From the NCBI GenBank assembly GCA_018398765.1, contig JAHBMJ010000189.1, forward strand, positions 1 to 54,224: a stretch of 54,224 nucleotides of DNA, written 5' to 3'. The DNA is from Chromera velia. Taxonomy: Eukaryota. The notes under the pieces are model-generated. The model saw only the letters and a list, made by a program, of their open reading frames with translations. It searched no databases and had not been told where the DNA came from. A program made the position numbers and the translations under genes. This document shows positions 23,907 to 36,536 of the stretch, piece by piece (the first letter of the stretch is position 1; each line of letters begins with the position of its first letter).

Positions 23907-26900
23907 ATGGATGACACAGGCAAACAGACAAAGTTTTCCACCGAAATGACGTCTCAGAGCCCTGCCTCCGTTGAGGATGAACGAGAGCCTCTTGATCAAG
24001 ACGAACAGAAAGTTCAAGAAGAAGTGGAAAAGATCGTGAACGGAGAGATCGCTCCCCAGTTTCGATTTCACATTCCCCCACCTCAATGCACCGAGGCCAT
24101 TTGGCTCACGCCATCGCGTTTTGTGGCTCTGGTAAAGGCTGTTACTTCTGCGGTGAGCATTTGGCCCGTTCGTTTTTTTGTGCTTCGTATCTCTGCCTTT
24201 GATGAGAAGGCAGCTTCATCTAAACGCATTGCAATCGGAGACGGCGGGATCCTTTTGTCTTTTTGCGAACGCCCCCCGCCGAGTTCCAATGCACAGCCAC
24301 CCCTTGTCATTGTGCCAGTCGTCTCTTGCCCTCTCTGTCGTCTGTGTTGCAAGTTTTTCAATTTTGCTCTCCCAATGTTGCCCGTCTCCGTCCTTTGTTC
24401 GTTTTCTGTCGACCAGTCTCTTCGTTCCCCTCTCCTGCGTTGGTGCCTCTCTCTCCTGACGCTCCTCCAAGTTCCCTTTCGTCCCTTCTGTCTCACGTCC
24501 TAGACCTTCGTCCGACTCGACTGTTGGTTTTGATTAGACGCTCCCCTTCCTTCCAGTCTCGTTCTTTGGTGCCGGTGTCGCCCGAATGTCCGTCAATCTT
24601 TCTTCTATCCCTGATACTGGAATGAAATTACGTCCTCTGCTCCTTGTCTGCTGCTGTGCAGATCCATGAAGATCCGGAAAGAGACACGTGGCCGCCTGAC
24701 TGGGAAAAGGTCAGTGCGTGTGCTTGCTCAGTGCGCGCAGTAGACAAATATGAATACGTACTTCTGCGGTACGAACAGTTGAGAGCAACAAAAAAACCAT
24801 AGGCCCCTGTGTCACTTCCAAAGTTTCAAAGGGCTTTTTCTTGGTCTTCTCTTGGACACATGACCAGTTCGATCGCCTAGTTGCCTTTCAACGTGTGGGG
24901 GGACGGACTTTCCTTTCTCACTCATTGGCCCTCTCCCAGCTGGACCCTTTGTTTTCCCTCTCTGTCTGTGTCTCTGTTTTTGTTTGCAGATAAGTGAAGT
25001 TGTGGGCCTCCCCCCCGACCACTGCGAGTTCGTCTGGCTGAATGTCGAGCCGCATCACTTCAGAAGTCAGTCGGAGAGAAGTGAAGTCAAGCAGAGCAAC
25101 TACAAAGGATTGCAGAGCGTAAAGCATGCAGCACGTGAGTTTATCTTTGTCGCCAGCTTACACTACCGAACGGCTTGGCAGAAGGAAAAAAAGGTACCCT
25201 TGTTTCACCGTGACCTGACGTGAGCTGCTCTGATGTGATGAAGTTTCAGATCACTCGAGTGTGGGTGCATCAAGCGAAATTGTCCGCAGCAGGGTTCAGG
25301 GAAGTCACAGAAGACAAAGTGTGGGAAGCAAGCTTTCCTGGCACTCATATTTATTTTTGCATTCCGTCCGATTACCCCCTTTTCTATTTGCAGCTTCTCT
25401 CTCTTGATCTAGTCAGAGTGGAGAGCCGTGCTTCTGCCTACATGAAACACACACAGTTTGAATCCCCTTTGTTGAATGCAGCTTCTTTGGGTTTGATCGT
25501 GATGGAGTTCGATCCCTCAAGTCTTGCTATCGACCATGCAGAAGAGGTGAGGTTGGTGTTTCTTTTTTTTTGTTCTCCCGGTTGTTTTCTTTCATTGTCT
25601 CTCTGTCCTCTTTTGTCAACCTCCGTGGTCTCTGTTGTGCTTGGAAGTTCGATCGCGATTCTACAAGAAGTTTCTTCGGGGAGTTTTCCATGTTCTCTTC
25701 TCGTCACTCTTATTCCCTTTGTTGGTGTGTCAGTTTTTTTATCTCCTGCCCCCTCCTCTTTCGCTGCTCGCTGTCGCCGCCCCCTTTTTCTTTCTTGTTT
25801 CTTTTTTTCTCGGTTTCTGGTCTTTCTGTCCCTCTCTCTCCCCACACATACAGAGCGAGAAATAGTATGTACATGTGAGATTAAAGTATGTGTTTCTGTT
25901 CGTATATATATGTGTGCGTGCGTGTGCGTAGGCGTGTGTTCCCCTTGCACACGTTACTGTCTTCAATTTTTTCCGCAGAGCCGATGTCGAGTCGATGCGA
26001 TCCTCCAGCATGCCTTGGTTGGTTCGTAAGCTGAGCTCTCCCTATCTTGCGAGAGGGGGACTTTTCTTCTTCTTCTTCTTCTTCTTCTTCTTCTTGCTCG
26101 TTTCAGTGGGAACCGAAGGACTTTGCTTGGGTCCCTAGTGCTCGACCCTCTTTGAAGGAGTGAAAGGAGGGGCTTTTGTGTGTAAACGGCTCTGTTATTT
26201 CTTCAGATACACCGTTCTTCTGAGTTTGGAAAAGAGGAGAGATCCCTCACTGATAGAGTCAAAGAACACATGCGTTTTTTTCAGATTTTGTGCCTTTACG
26301 CTTGCTTCCATGCGTTCCTTCAAGCACTATTGGCCGTTCCTTTGTCTGCGTTTTCCCCTTCCCTCTGCTTGTCCCCTCTCCTGATGCCCACGAAAGTATT
26401 CATCATGCGTGTCTGTATTGCACTGTTGCACTGTTGCAGTACAGAATACAGCAGATGGAAGAGGCCGAGGAGGCCGAGGGACTCGACAGAGAAGAATTCT
26501 TTGTCGAAGATGCAGACGAGAAACCCAAAAAGAAAGAAAAAGAGAGAGAGGAAGAAAAGAAAGAGGAAGCGAGAGCCGACTATCAAGATGAAGCAGTCAA
26601 AAAACCAGCCTCAGAACCACACTCGAGAGAGAAAGAGGGAAAGGCAAAATTGGAGATGGAGATGGAGAATGACGCGTTGATCACCGGGACTGCTCAAGAG
26701 GCTGAAGCAAGAGAGAGTGAGAAGAAGGGAGGAAGAAAGAGAAAAGCTCCCGTCTCCTCAAATCCCTTTCAGCCTTCCGCCCCCTTCCCTTTTTCCTCCG
26801 CTTCTTCATCTTCAAGCTCTTCTTCCTCCTCGGCATGCAACCCGACTCAACGGACGGGTCTGGGACTTGTGCCGTCTGCTCCCTGCTTATCCTCGAATCA

Positions 26901-27663
26901 ATTTATGAACAAACTGAAATCCTCCCCGATCCGCCCTCCTTTTTACGGAGTACCCCGACCCCTTTCTGCCTATGCCCATCCATCCCTGCACAGAGCCTCC
27001 CGACCCCCCATCAAAACGACACCCCCAAGTCGGTTTTTCCAGTCTTCCTCCTCCCTCACTCAGCCAAAGAGCCGAAAGGTCGGAGCCAAGTCACGTCCAC
27101 GCATTCAACCGAACAGCAGTCACGCTGCCGCCAAGTCCGCACCCAAGAAGAAGAGTGCAGTGTCTTTCTACCCTCAGCCTTCTTCCACCAGTCTTTTTAG
27201 CTTCCCGGCATCTGTCGCGATGGCTAACCACAGTGGGCCGAGGGGGCCTGCCGGGCCCGGGTTCTTTGGGTGGTGCGGGCCCCCGAGGGGAGCGCTTGAG
27301 GACAACTGCGTCCCCCTCAGCGAGCATGCCTGGCTGGATATGTCATTCATTCCAGTAGTACCTTTCAATCCTGCTCTTCCACCGATGTGTGCGCCCATCC
27401 GTGCTCCCTTCCTCCCTTCCTTCTGTCAACCCAACATTTTCCCCTTTGCACAGGGTGCACCCGCTGGCGGCAGGTTCCCACCCCCACAGCAGCAGCAGCA
27501 GGATCTTTCAGGTTCACGCACCTCCACTCGGACATCCAGTCCCGAAAAAGAAAAAGGTCACCAAGGGAAGGACCAATCCTCATCCTCCTCTTCTTCGTCT
27601 TCTTCTTCTTCTTCGCGCCACAATCCTTACAGTGCGTGTGTGAAAGAGCCCAACAGCGCGTGA
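23907..27663 (+). CDS. Uncharacterised multi-exon protein with acidic/basic and S/P-rich C-terminus
   Basis: MDDTGKQ...FVAL|gt, IHEDPERDTWPPDWEK (about 24662-24709), ISEVVGLPP...QKEKK, LLSLDLVRV...HAEE, then a long terminal exon YRIQQMEE... to the stop at 27663. Splice sites plausible; no family recognised. Confidence 0.55.
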
Positions 27664-28354
27664 GCAGTGCGAACAAAGCAGAGCACAGGTGCCCGGCAGG
27701 AGGAGAGGAAGGAAATGGCTCAAGTGATCGACATACCCGAGTGAGTGATTCATTCGAATAAATTGTCTGTGTGTGTGCGCGCCTGCGTGTGTGTGTTGAT
27801 CTGAAGGCACCCTGGGGGGCGAAAAAAAATATGCCTGCTCATTCTCAAGCTCTATCTCTCTATCGCACATACACACAAACAGAAGACCCTCTCCCTCCCT
27901 CTCATGTGCCTCTCTTTTTTCTTTCAATCCTCTGTCTTGCCTTGCATGGTCGGGCAAACAGAGAGAGAGGTTAGAGACGATCTGGGAAGACTTCTGTGTC
28001 AGGCCTTTTGCCTAGCTGGATCTGTCTAAAATCTTCGATGTATGATTTGCATGGTGTGTGTGTGGCGAGACACACAAGAAGCACAAATAAATTGTGTGAC
28101 AGTCAAGGGGGGGTGGGGAGAGGGGGAATTCAGGAGAGATGTTCCCGTCGGCATGAGGTTTACTCTTTTCTTTTGTTTCCCTCCGTGGGCTCGCGCTGTT
28201 CGCTGCTTGTTCCCTTCCCCCTCTTGGTCTTCCCCTTCCACCCCCACCTCTGAATTCTTTCCTGTGCCTCAAGGGGACTCGTGTTTGTTTCATCAGAAAG
28301 CCGTACGTTAAAGGACAGGTCTCTGTACAGACAGACGGCGTCATAGATTGTCAA

Positions 28355-28409
<55 letters not shown>

Positions 28410-28719
28410 TGGGAGGCGCCATTGCGTTCACACATCGGCCGAAACCGTTTTTCCACGTTACGACACAACTTCGTTCACCTCAGCACGGTCACATCTACCA
28501 GGTCTGGCTGATAGGTTGATCGACGTCTGATCGACTCGATTGACGGCAGATGGATGTTTATTGATAGATCTAGATGGAATCATGCACAAGTACGTGCACC
28601 TTCTGACGAGAGAGTGACGTCACAACTCCTCAAACCATTGTCCATTAGACAGCGCTAGAGACAGTGCTACAAAATGCAGCCCAGAAAGTTGCAGAAACAA
28701 AGTTTTGTGAGCATCGGTC

Positions 28720-29540
28720 CCTAGGTGGGTCCTAGGGTGGGTCCTGAATAGAATCCGAGGATGGATAATGAATAAAATCCGAGCTGGGTCCTGAATAGAA
28801 ATGAATAGTGTGGAGCTAAGTATGGAGCCAGGTTTCATCTTTTTACAACTGAAGTATATGTTCGGTATTCTCTTTGATTCCTTACTCTAGCCTTTAGACT
28901 ACTAGCCCTTTACTACCGATCACCGATAAAATTAATTTTGAATAGAATCCGAGATGGGTCCTGAATAGAAATGAACTAGGCCCTGCACTACTAGCTGCAT
29001 TATACATAAAAAAAAATAAAAGATCGGGAAAACTTTTTTTTAAAAGAGATTTTTTTTTTTAAATTAATTTATCATGGTAGTCAACAGGCAAACAACCAGC
29101 TGTTGTTCATGCAGCAAGTGTTAGAGGAGTGTTGTACGGGGTATTAATTGCATTAAAACTATAGTTTTTTTTGTTAATAAATAAAAAAAGAAAAAAAAGA
29201 TCGGAACCTAGATCGGAACTAGAATCGGAAACTTTCTTTTTTTTCTCTTTTTTTTATTATTATTATAGAGTGCAGAGCCTAGGAAATAAATAATGTGGAC
29301 TAGGGTGTGGAGCTAGGTATGGAGCCAGGTTTCGTCTTGTTACAAGTTACAACTAAAGTATATGTTCAATATTCTGTCTGATTCCTTACTCTAGCCTTTA
29401 GACTAGCCCTTTACTACCAATCACCGATAAAATTTTGTATAGAATCCAAGATAAGTCCTAAATAGAAATAAATAGTCTGGATTAGGGTGTGGAGCTAGGT
29501 ATGGAGCCAGGTTTCGTCTTTTTACAACTGAAGTATTCTT
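28720..29540. repeat. Imperfect tandem repeat of about 180-200 bp (2-3 copies) interrupted by a MITE
   Basis: GTGGAGCTA(A/G)GTATGGAGCCAGGTTT recurs near 28810, 29307 and 29489; TACC(G/A)ATCACCGATAAAAT recurs near 28915, 29415 and 30115. Confidence 0.75.
28980..29278. mobile_element. AT-rich MITE
   Basis: Ends GCCCTGCACT and AGTGCAGAGC form a 9/10 inverted match, flanked by CTAG on both sides (28976-28979, 29279-29282). Confidence 0.6.
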
Positions 29541-30513
29541 CTAAGAAGTGGTTGGTAAGTAGAGATCGATCTACTTATTCCTACTGCACTTTATGCTCAT
29601 ACTCAACGTTTGAAAGTTTGCTTATGCATGTCTGTGTCTGTCTTTATCGCTACCCGGATGGCCGTTTCGACTCTTCCGAAAGAGTCTCATCGGCGGGCTT
29701 TCAAAGACTCCTCTTTTCATGCATCACTGCAGAAGAAGGCACACAATGCAACATTGCAACCTGATAGATGTGATTGGTTGTTTACCGGCAATGTCTGGCG
29801 TACACAATCCGGTTGCATCATGGCAATCGACGTTCAAATCGCGGGTACCAGCTCCCCAAGTTCGGTTCGCACGGCTTGCAGGGCTCTAAATTTTTCCTCC
29901 TTGTTTGTTTAGCCTTTTGGGGTACGCGGACGTCGCACAAACGAGGGGCACGATCGCAACTTTCGCTTCGATCTTCTGTACGCACGCGTCTGACCTTCGC
30001 ACTTGATGTGAAAGAGTGCTTGAAGGCTGGAGGTAACAGCCTCTCTCTTCTTTTCTCTTTTCGGTCTCTCGTCTTCTTCTTTAGACTGTTTGGTATTCTG
30101 TTAGATTCTTCACTACCGATCACCGATAAAATTTTGAAGGATCAATATAATACTATTAATACAGATAACTCAGATAATTAAGCTTTTAGACCGTTTGAAT
30201 TTATAACTCTAAAGTTCACTAGCATCCAAAATTATATTCAAATACATGTTGTTAGGCCCTGTAAACACCGTACGGTCACAGGTAGAATTTACCGTAGAAA
30301 GTGATCTACGTATGGCTAGACGTCCAGACGGTGTTCTAGAATCTAGATACATCGTTATCTAGACCCAAACTTTGAAATTAAATACTTTAGTGCCCACGCA
30401 AACTAACACCGTAGTAACACGGTAACACCGTGACAGTGGGAGCCACTATCACTGCCATGCTCCATTTATCCGGGCTTCATTCTCCATGGATACCCTGCAC
30501 TAGACCTTGCAGA

Positions 30514-32197
30514 CTACAGTCTCCAGTACCATCCCTTTCGCTGTAGGACAAGGGCTACGGGGACCAGGAAGAGAGAGGGTACACAGAAAGACCATACGAC
30601 CCCTGCCAGCTGACATCCCATCCAGGATTTTAAAAGAGGACCAAACACCCAAACCTCCCCCACAGACTTTCCGTCTCCATTCTCTAAATTCAACAAACTG
30701 TCAATGGACTCAGACAGGAGATAGAGAGCAAGAGGGTTACGACCAAATGCGACCAGCACAGATACAACCAAGTTCTTTTGCAGACAAACGGCACCATACC
30801 CTCCTGTCGTGACCTCTCTTTCTTGCCCCCTTTCTTGCTGCACTTGGGCAACCCCTTCTCTAACTGCACCAGAGTCCTTTTCTTGAGGAACGCCAACAAG
30901 GTGCGAACTTCTGTTCAGGTTGTCAAGTCCCCCCCCCCTTCCGTCCTTCCTCTCTCCACTCTTGTCACTTTCATTCCCTCCCAACCCCGGGCCTTCTCTC
31001 GATTCGCACCCCTCCCTTCTCTCCTGTAACAGAAACAGATTCCCCTCTTGCCCCCGTGTGCTTCTTCCTGAAGTTGGCACGCTCCCTCCATTGCTCTGTT
31101 TCCTCCCCTGTTCATCGTTCCTCTCCTTCTGTGTCAGAAGCAACTGGTGGAGACCGTGCGACTGATCCTGGATCAGGTCCTTGGCCTCTCCACAAGACTC
31201 TGCTGTCTCCCCCCTTGCCTGGATCTTCACCTCCAATTGACCTGACTGTGACGGCACTTCTACAGAAGACTGAGCAGTCCTGCTTTGTGGGAGCGCATCC
31301 AGAAGAAAAAAACACACGGCAAAGGTAGACAGGGACGCCCCCCCTGTAATGAAGGCAAAAGGGGGGGTCCAAATTTGCTTAGAGATCGGGAAGAAGTTCC
31401 ACAAAAAAAGTCCAAAAACAATTAGACAAAAGGTCCCAATCATCCAGACACACACGGAAAGAAACCGATTCGCACCCTCCCCCCCCAACAACTCCTTCGT
31501 TCGTCCACCCAAACGAATATGCACTCCCACCATCATTCCCAGGATGCAATTCAAACAAGCCGTCAAAGTCGACAGGGCTCCTTCCGGGTCGAAATATTTC
31601 GACTGCCTGTAAAGATGTGACGATCCAAAAAGCTTCCGATCAACGAACCCCTCGGCAGAGCATTTGGGAGTCAGCACTCCTCTCCCACACTCCTCATCTT
31701 CCACTGAAGGAACACAAAGTTCAAACAGAACACCGCTGTAGATCGAGAGCAGCACCGCTGCGCTTAATGCGGGGATGCCGAGCAATCGACCGAAGTCGGG
31801 TTGTCCACCGCTTTCTCGCGCCACTCGCACGGAGTTCTTTAGAAGTAATTCGAATAAAATTGCGGTAAAGGCGTAGCACACCGCCAGTCTCTGGAGCACT
31901 CCCATCAGTCGAATGTTCTCGAAGAAGACGCCAAATTTGCCTCTCCAGAAGTCCACAAACGGAAATTCATTTACAAACAAACCGAGGAGGAACAGCATCA
32001 AAACACGTCTCCAGAATTTGAACCAACGGATGGGGCCTGTCAAAGCGAAAGGAATGGACATACCTGCAAACGCTCACTTAACACAAGTTAAGTCGGTGAA
32101 ACGAACGACAAAAGAAAACGAAAGTAGAGACAGACAGACATAAAAAGATAGACAGGAAGGAGGGAAGGGAAAGGAAAAAGAAACAGAGAAAGAGAGG

Positions 32198-32234
<37 letters not shown>

Positions 32235-32512
32235 CGAACGAACGAACGAACGAACGAACGAAAGAGAAACCGCTAAGTTGCGGCCAAACGGAGGGCCATG
32301 TAAAAAGCACGTCTTTGTCGGATGCTTTGACGTTTCAGTTATTTTCGTCTTTTTCTCCCCCAAGCTTCTCTTTTGTTTTTTTGTTTCTACTTTTGACTGC
32401 GGAGAAGGAAAGGAAACGACACGAAAGGGCAGCGTCGAGAAGTCACCGGAGGAAGGAGACAAAACCCGCTTACCCATTGCGAAGAGAAAGCTGGGAAAGA
32501 CGAGATCCGCAA

Positions 32513-32557
<45 letters not shown>

Positions 32558-33791
32558 CAATACACCGATACACATGTCAACTCATATACATACACAACAG
32601 CCACATTTACACGCGCATGCACATGAACATGCACATGCATACACTTTCATATACATAATACACCCGACGTACACGTGCACGCAGGAGGCAGGCAGGCAAG
32701 CAGGCAGGCAGGCAGGGATGCCGACAGCCGAAGAACATACACACAAGTCCGTTCCCCCTCCCGCAAAAAGGGGACAGAGAACGCCTGCGTTCGTTCTCAT
32801 GCCGAAAAGATCTTTTTCTTTGTTGAGTCCTCAGAAAGACGAACAAAACGCTGAGGCGCGTAGACGGACTGAAGGTTCTAAAAGTCCTGTGCTTCAGGTG
32901 ACAGAATTGCACACACAATCACGCCAAGATCCAATCATCATCACCCAAAAGGGAGTGCTTTGTCATGACTCAAGTTCGGGGCGGCTGAGGAAAGCAAATA
33001 GGGGAACCATCTTCTTCAGACGGAATTCAGCATGCACGAAGTGAAGCATTGTCTCCCGACTGTCACGGAGGAAGGCCACTGACGGGCAAGTTTAAAAAAC
33101 TTGGTGGCAGAGAAGCGGGTCAACGTGAAGATAACATTTCTGCCCGGTGGGAGTGATGAGAGAGAAAGAAAGAGAGCATCCACCGATTACAAAAAAATCC
33201 AAAGAGGACTGACGGAGAGGCCGGTCCAGGAGGGATGCAAGAAGAGAGGAAAGCCGCAAGAGGGCTGCAGACAGACAACACAGTCCATGGATGGACTTGT
33301 GCAAATAACGCTTGTCTTTCGTTCAAATTGGATTGTGACACTCGCATTGATGAAAGTTCCCGACGAAGAGACGAACTTCATGAAGGAGACTGTGTAAACT
33401 GTTTGTCCTCTCGTTTCTCTGCTCGACCCTACATTGCATGGAGAGAAAATGGAAAGCAACCAGCATATGAGGAGCCTCGTTGATAAAGGCACCAGCTACC
33501 TTCTGGCCAAAGTCAATGTTGAACTTCCACCCCCCCGTGTCTCTCTTCACCTTTCCTTGACTTCTCTTCCAGCTTTCATTGCTCCCTTCCTTCCACACTT
33601 CCGCTGTCGCCCTCCCCTCATCCATCTACCTGCCCCACAGAGCGCACCCATCCAACCTGATAGTTCACGAAGACCATCCCGAAGATCACAAGACCCCGGA
33701 AGCAGTCCAAAGAGACCAGACGCTGCTTCTTTACACTTCCTTCTGAGACACGAGACGGCAAGCCGTCTCCAACCCGCTGTGAACTGTCCAT
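30514..33791 (-). CDS. Heparan-alpha-glucosaminide N-acetyltransferase (HGSNAT)-family membrane acetyltransferase, about 4 exons
   Basis: RLVSLDCFRGLVIFGMVFVNYQ | PSCGFPLFLHPSWTGLS (exon 33264-33214, putative catalytic His) | FADLVFPSFLFAMG | MSIPF...RLMGVLQRLA...FDPEGALSTL...PISKQIWT...GRNPLALY. The start codon is uncertain. Confidence 0.88.
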
Positions 33792-34349
33792 CGGCGACAC
33801 ACTCCTTGTTCTTGACCGTTAAGATTCAGGAGCGGTAATCTAGCAACAGAGAAGCCTAGAGATATATGAAATTCTGTCTGACTTTCACCAGTCTGAAGCT
33901 GGGACATCCATAAAGGAGAAGACATTCAAATACTGCTGATCGGGCCACTAATGCTTTCGGCTCGGGTTGCCGGCGGCGAGCTCGCTGAGCGCGGGCGGGC
34001 GCCCGCGCGCGGCCCAACGCGCCGGGCCACGCGGGTCGAAGCGCGGCGCCTTAAACTGCGCCGGGGCTCTCATGCAGTGTGTCGAATGACGGTCACAGTC
34101 TCGTGATACGTTTTGTGAGCATCCATCCGACATCATCCGACTGCCATCGTGAGCCATGCATCATTGTGTTCCATTCAACAGATGATCAGCTCGTCTATCT
34201 GGCAGTGACAAAATCTGCGTGACAGTTTGGTATGAGTCTTCAGCAGTGCGACCCAGGTCTGGGTTAAGAGTTTACCGCTTCAGTCTGACAACCTCCCGAT
34301 TTCAGTTGTCTGACAGACGCTTACATAAGCTCACAGAGTTGCGCACAGG

Positions 34350-36536
34350 ATGACCGCCTTATCTTTGGCAGAGCATTCTCTCTTCTTCGCGAAGATTGTT
34401 CCCTTTTTCGAGAGTGAACTTCTACACCGTTTGAGGGTTTGCCGTTCGTGGAATGAGAAGGTGAGGAAACTCGTGCGGCGTCTCTCCTTCTACAGCAATT
34501 ACGGGGACTCTATTTGGGTCGAGACCGATTCCCCAGTCGACGGCTCTGATCGTGAAGACGACGACGACCGTCTCATCCTCAAGTTCTTCCCCTACCTCCC
34601 AGCTGGAGGCCTTGACTGCTTCACCAAGTGCTGGTCAGGCGTCCGACGTCTGGACCTTCTCGTTGACGTGAAACCTCCAGACCTTCTTGGAAAGGCACTC
34701 GGGCACTTGACCCGCCTCTCCCACTTGACAGTGTCTCTCTGTGCTACCGATCTTAAGATGCTCTGCGTTCTCAACCCAGGGACCCTCTCAGAGCTTTGCC
34801 TCAGATGTCCAACCGGTTGTTGGCATCAGAGTGCAACGGAGGCAGAAAATGAGAAGGTGAGGTCGCAGGCAGCAAAGGGGGCTGAGGAAGTTTTCCAGCG
34901 CTATGGAGAGACTTTGCGGAAGTTTCGGCTAGACCTTTGCGGCTTGTGTGATGGAGTTTTGCCGTCTTTTGAAGGGCAAAATGCTCACAGCACGTCCTTA
35001 CAAATTCGCAGTCAGTGTCCACTTTTGGAGGTTGTGGAACCTCTCGCATGTTCCTGTCACCACTGTAGAAAGATGTATCGGAATTATGAGCAGGTTGGAA
35101 ATTCCGACCCTGAGCAGTCTCCGGTAGTCTCAGTTGAGGACTATTTGGTTGGACGGAATTTTGACTGTGTGAAGTTGGGACGCTGGGGGCTTCGTCTGTC
35201 TAAGACAGATTGGGAGGCTGTGAAGAACCCCCGACTTACTGGGTTGAGGTATCTACAGGTGTGTGGATGTCTTGCACAGGAGGAAGAAGGGGATTTTGAA
35301 GAGATGGATGTGGACTCCGAGGATGTGAGGGCTGTGTTTGAACAGAACCGAAAAATCGAGTTTAGTTGTCTTCAGTTTTCAAACGAACAGCTGCTCGGTT
35401 TGTTGCCATTTGCTCAGAATCTCCGCTTTGTCAGTTGGTTGTTTGGGTCTTTCTCAGAAGATGTGTGGCGGGAGATGGGAAGGTGGCTGGTCAATCTTCG
35501 CGTGATGTCTTCAAGCTCTTGTCATGATCTCTCGGACATTCACATGAAGGCGTGGGCAGAGGGAATCAGGGCAAGTGGGAAGCCTTCCAAGGTGCGCGTG
35601 ATACATCACAAGGGCTCACGTGTCACTTCTGAGGGCCTTGTAGCAGCCGTTCTTCCCGATAATTTGTGTCCCGAGTTGAGGTCCATAGAGGTGGGGGAGC
35701 ATTGGTCGGGGAGATGGTCGGGGGGAATGAGTGCAGAGGGGATTCGGGCGTGGGCCGGGTCGGGGTTGTGGAGTTTTGCGGTTAACTGGCAACGTCCTGA
35801 GAATTCGGGGGGGTTGTTGGAAGGTCTGAAAGACTTCCTTCGAGGTCCGGTGAGGGTGAGTTTGAGGGAACTTTCCTTGTGGAAAATACGGGGGAGAGTC
35901 ACAGACATTGACGACGAACTGATTGAACTCATCTGTGGTTGTCCCCAGCTGAGCGTATTGTCGTTGGGGAGCGTCGATGGCGTCTCAGTTGCGGGATGGG
36001 AAATATTGAAGAGAGCGCGGGTAGAAAAGAAAATCAGGCTGAGGAGCCTGTGGGTGGGGTCAGACACAAGGCCTGCAGACCTCGATACTGTTGCAACGCC
36101 TTTCTTCCCTCCCCTTTGTCCACCCCCACAGAGTTTGAGTGAGATAATAAGAGAGGAGAATGAGAGAAGACTTGCAGCTGAACGGGAGGAGCAGAGAACA
36201 CAATCGGTTTTGGACTCAGCAGCTGAGGGGGTGAAGAATCAAATTAAAGCAAACTTTCGTCAGACCCTTGTGAAAGCTGCCGCTGAATCGGCAATGCCGA
36301 CTGGGGCAGTCAAGCCAAAGGTCATGCAGTCTCCTTTCAAGTCTATTGGAGGAATTCCAGTACGCGTGGGAGTTCTCTCTTTTTTTGGGAAGGCTCTTGT
36401 TGACGAGATCATTCAAAAGGCCGTTGATGATCTCAAGGTGAAAGAAAGAATTGTGAAAGAGCGCCGAGTTGCGTGGAGACAAACTGTAGAGAAAGAAGGC
36501 TGGGAGACCTGGAAAAGGTTGGTTGATACCTTTTGA
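34350..36536 (+). CDS. Intronless 728-aa F-box-like / leucine-rich-repeat (RNI-like) protein
   Basis: Uninterrupted ORF; N-terminal KIVPFF...LHRLRVCRSWNEKV resembles an F-box; LxxLxL repeats such as CPLLEVV, CPELRSIEV, CPQLSVLSL and SLRELSL. Confidence 0.6.
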   Translation: MTALSLAEHSLFFAKIVPFFESELLHRLRVCRSWNEKVRKLVRRLSFYSNYGDSIWVETDSPVDGSDREDDDDRLILKFFPYLPAGGLDCFTKCWSGVRRLDLLVDVKPPDLLGKALGHLTRLSHLTVSLCATDLKMLCVLNPGTLSELCLRCPTGCWHQSATEAENEKVRSQAAKGAEEVFQRYGETLRKFRLDLCGLCDGVLPSFEGQNAHSTSLQIRSQCPLLEVVEPLACSCHHCRKMYRNYEQVGNSDPEQSPVVSVEDYLVGRNFDCVKLGRWGLRLSKTDWEAVKNPRLTGLRYLQVCGCLAQEEEGDFEEMDVDSEDVRAVFEQNRKIEFSCLQFSNEQLLGLLPFAQNLRFVSWLFGSFSEDVWREMGRWLVNLRVMSSSSCHDLSDIHMKAWAEGIRASGKPSKVRVIHHKGSRVTSEGLVAAVLPDNLCPELRSIEVGEHWSGRWSGGMSAEGIRAWAGSGLWSFAVNWQRPENSGGLLEGLKDFLRGPVRVSLRELSLWKIRGRVTDIDDELIELICGCPQLSVLSLGSVDGVSVAGWEILKRARVEKKIRLRSLWVGSDTRPADLDTVATPFFPPLCPPPQSLSEIIREENERRLAAEREEQRTQSVLDSAAEGVKNQIKANFRQTLVKAAAESAMPTGAVKPKVMQSPFKSIGGIPVRVGVLSFFGKALVDEIIQKAVDDLKVKERIVKERRVAWRQTVEKEGWETWKRLVDTF

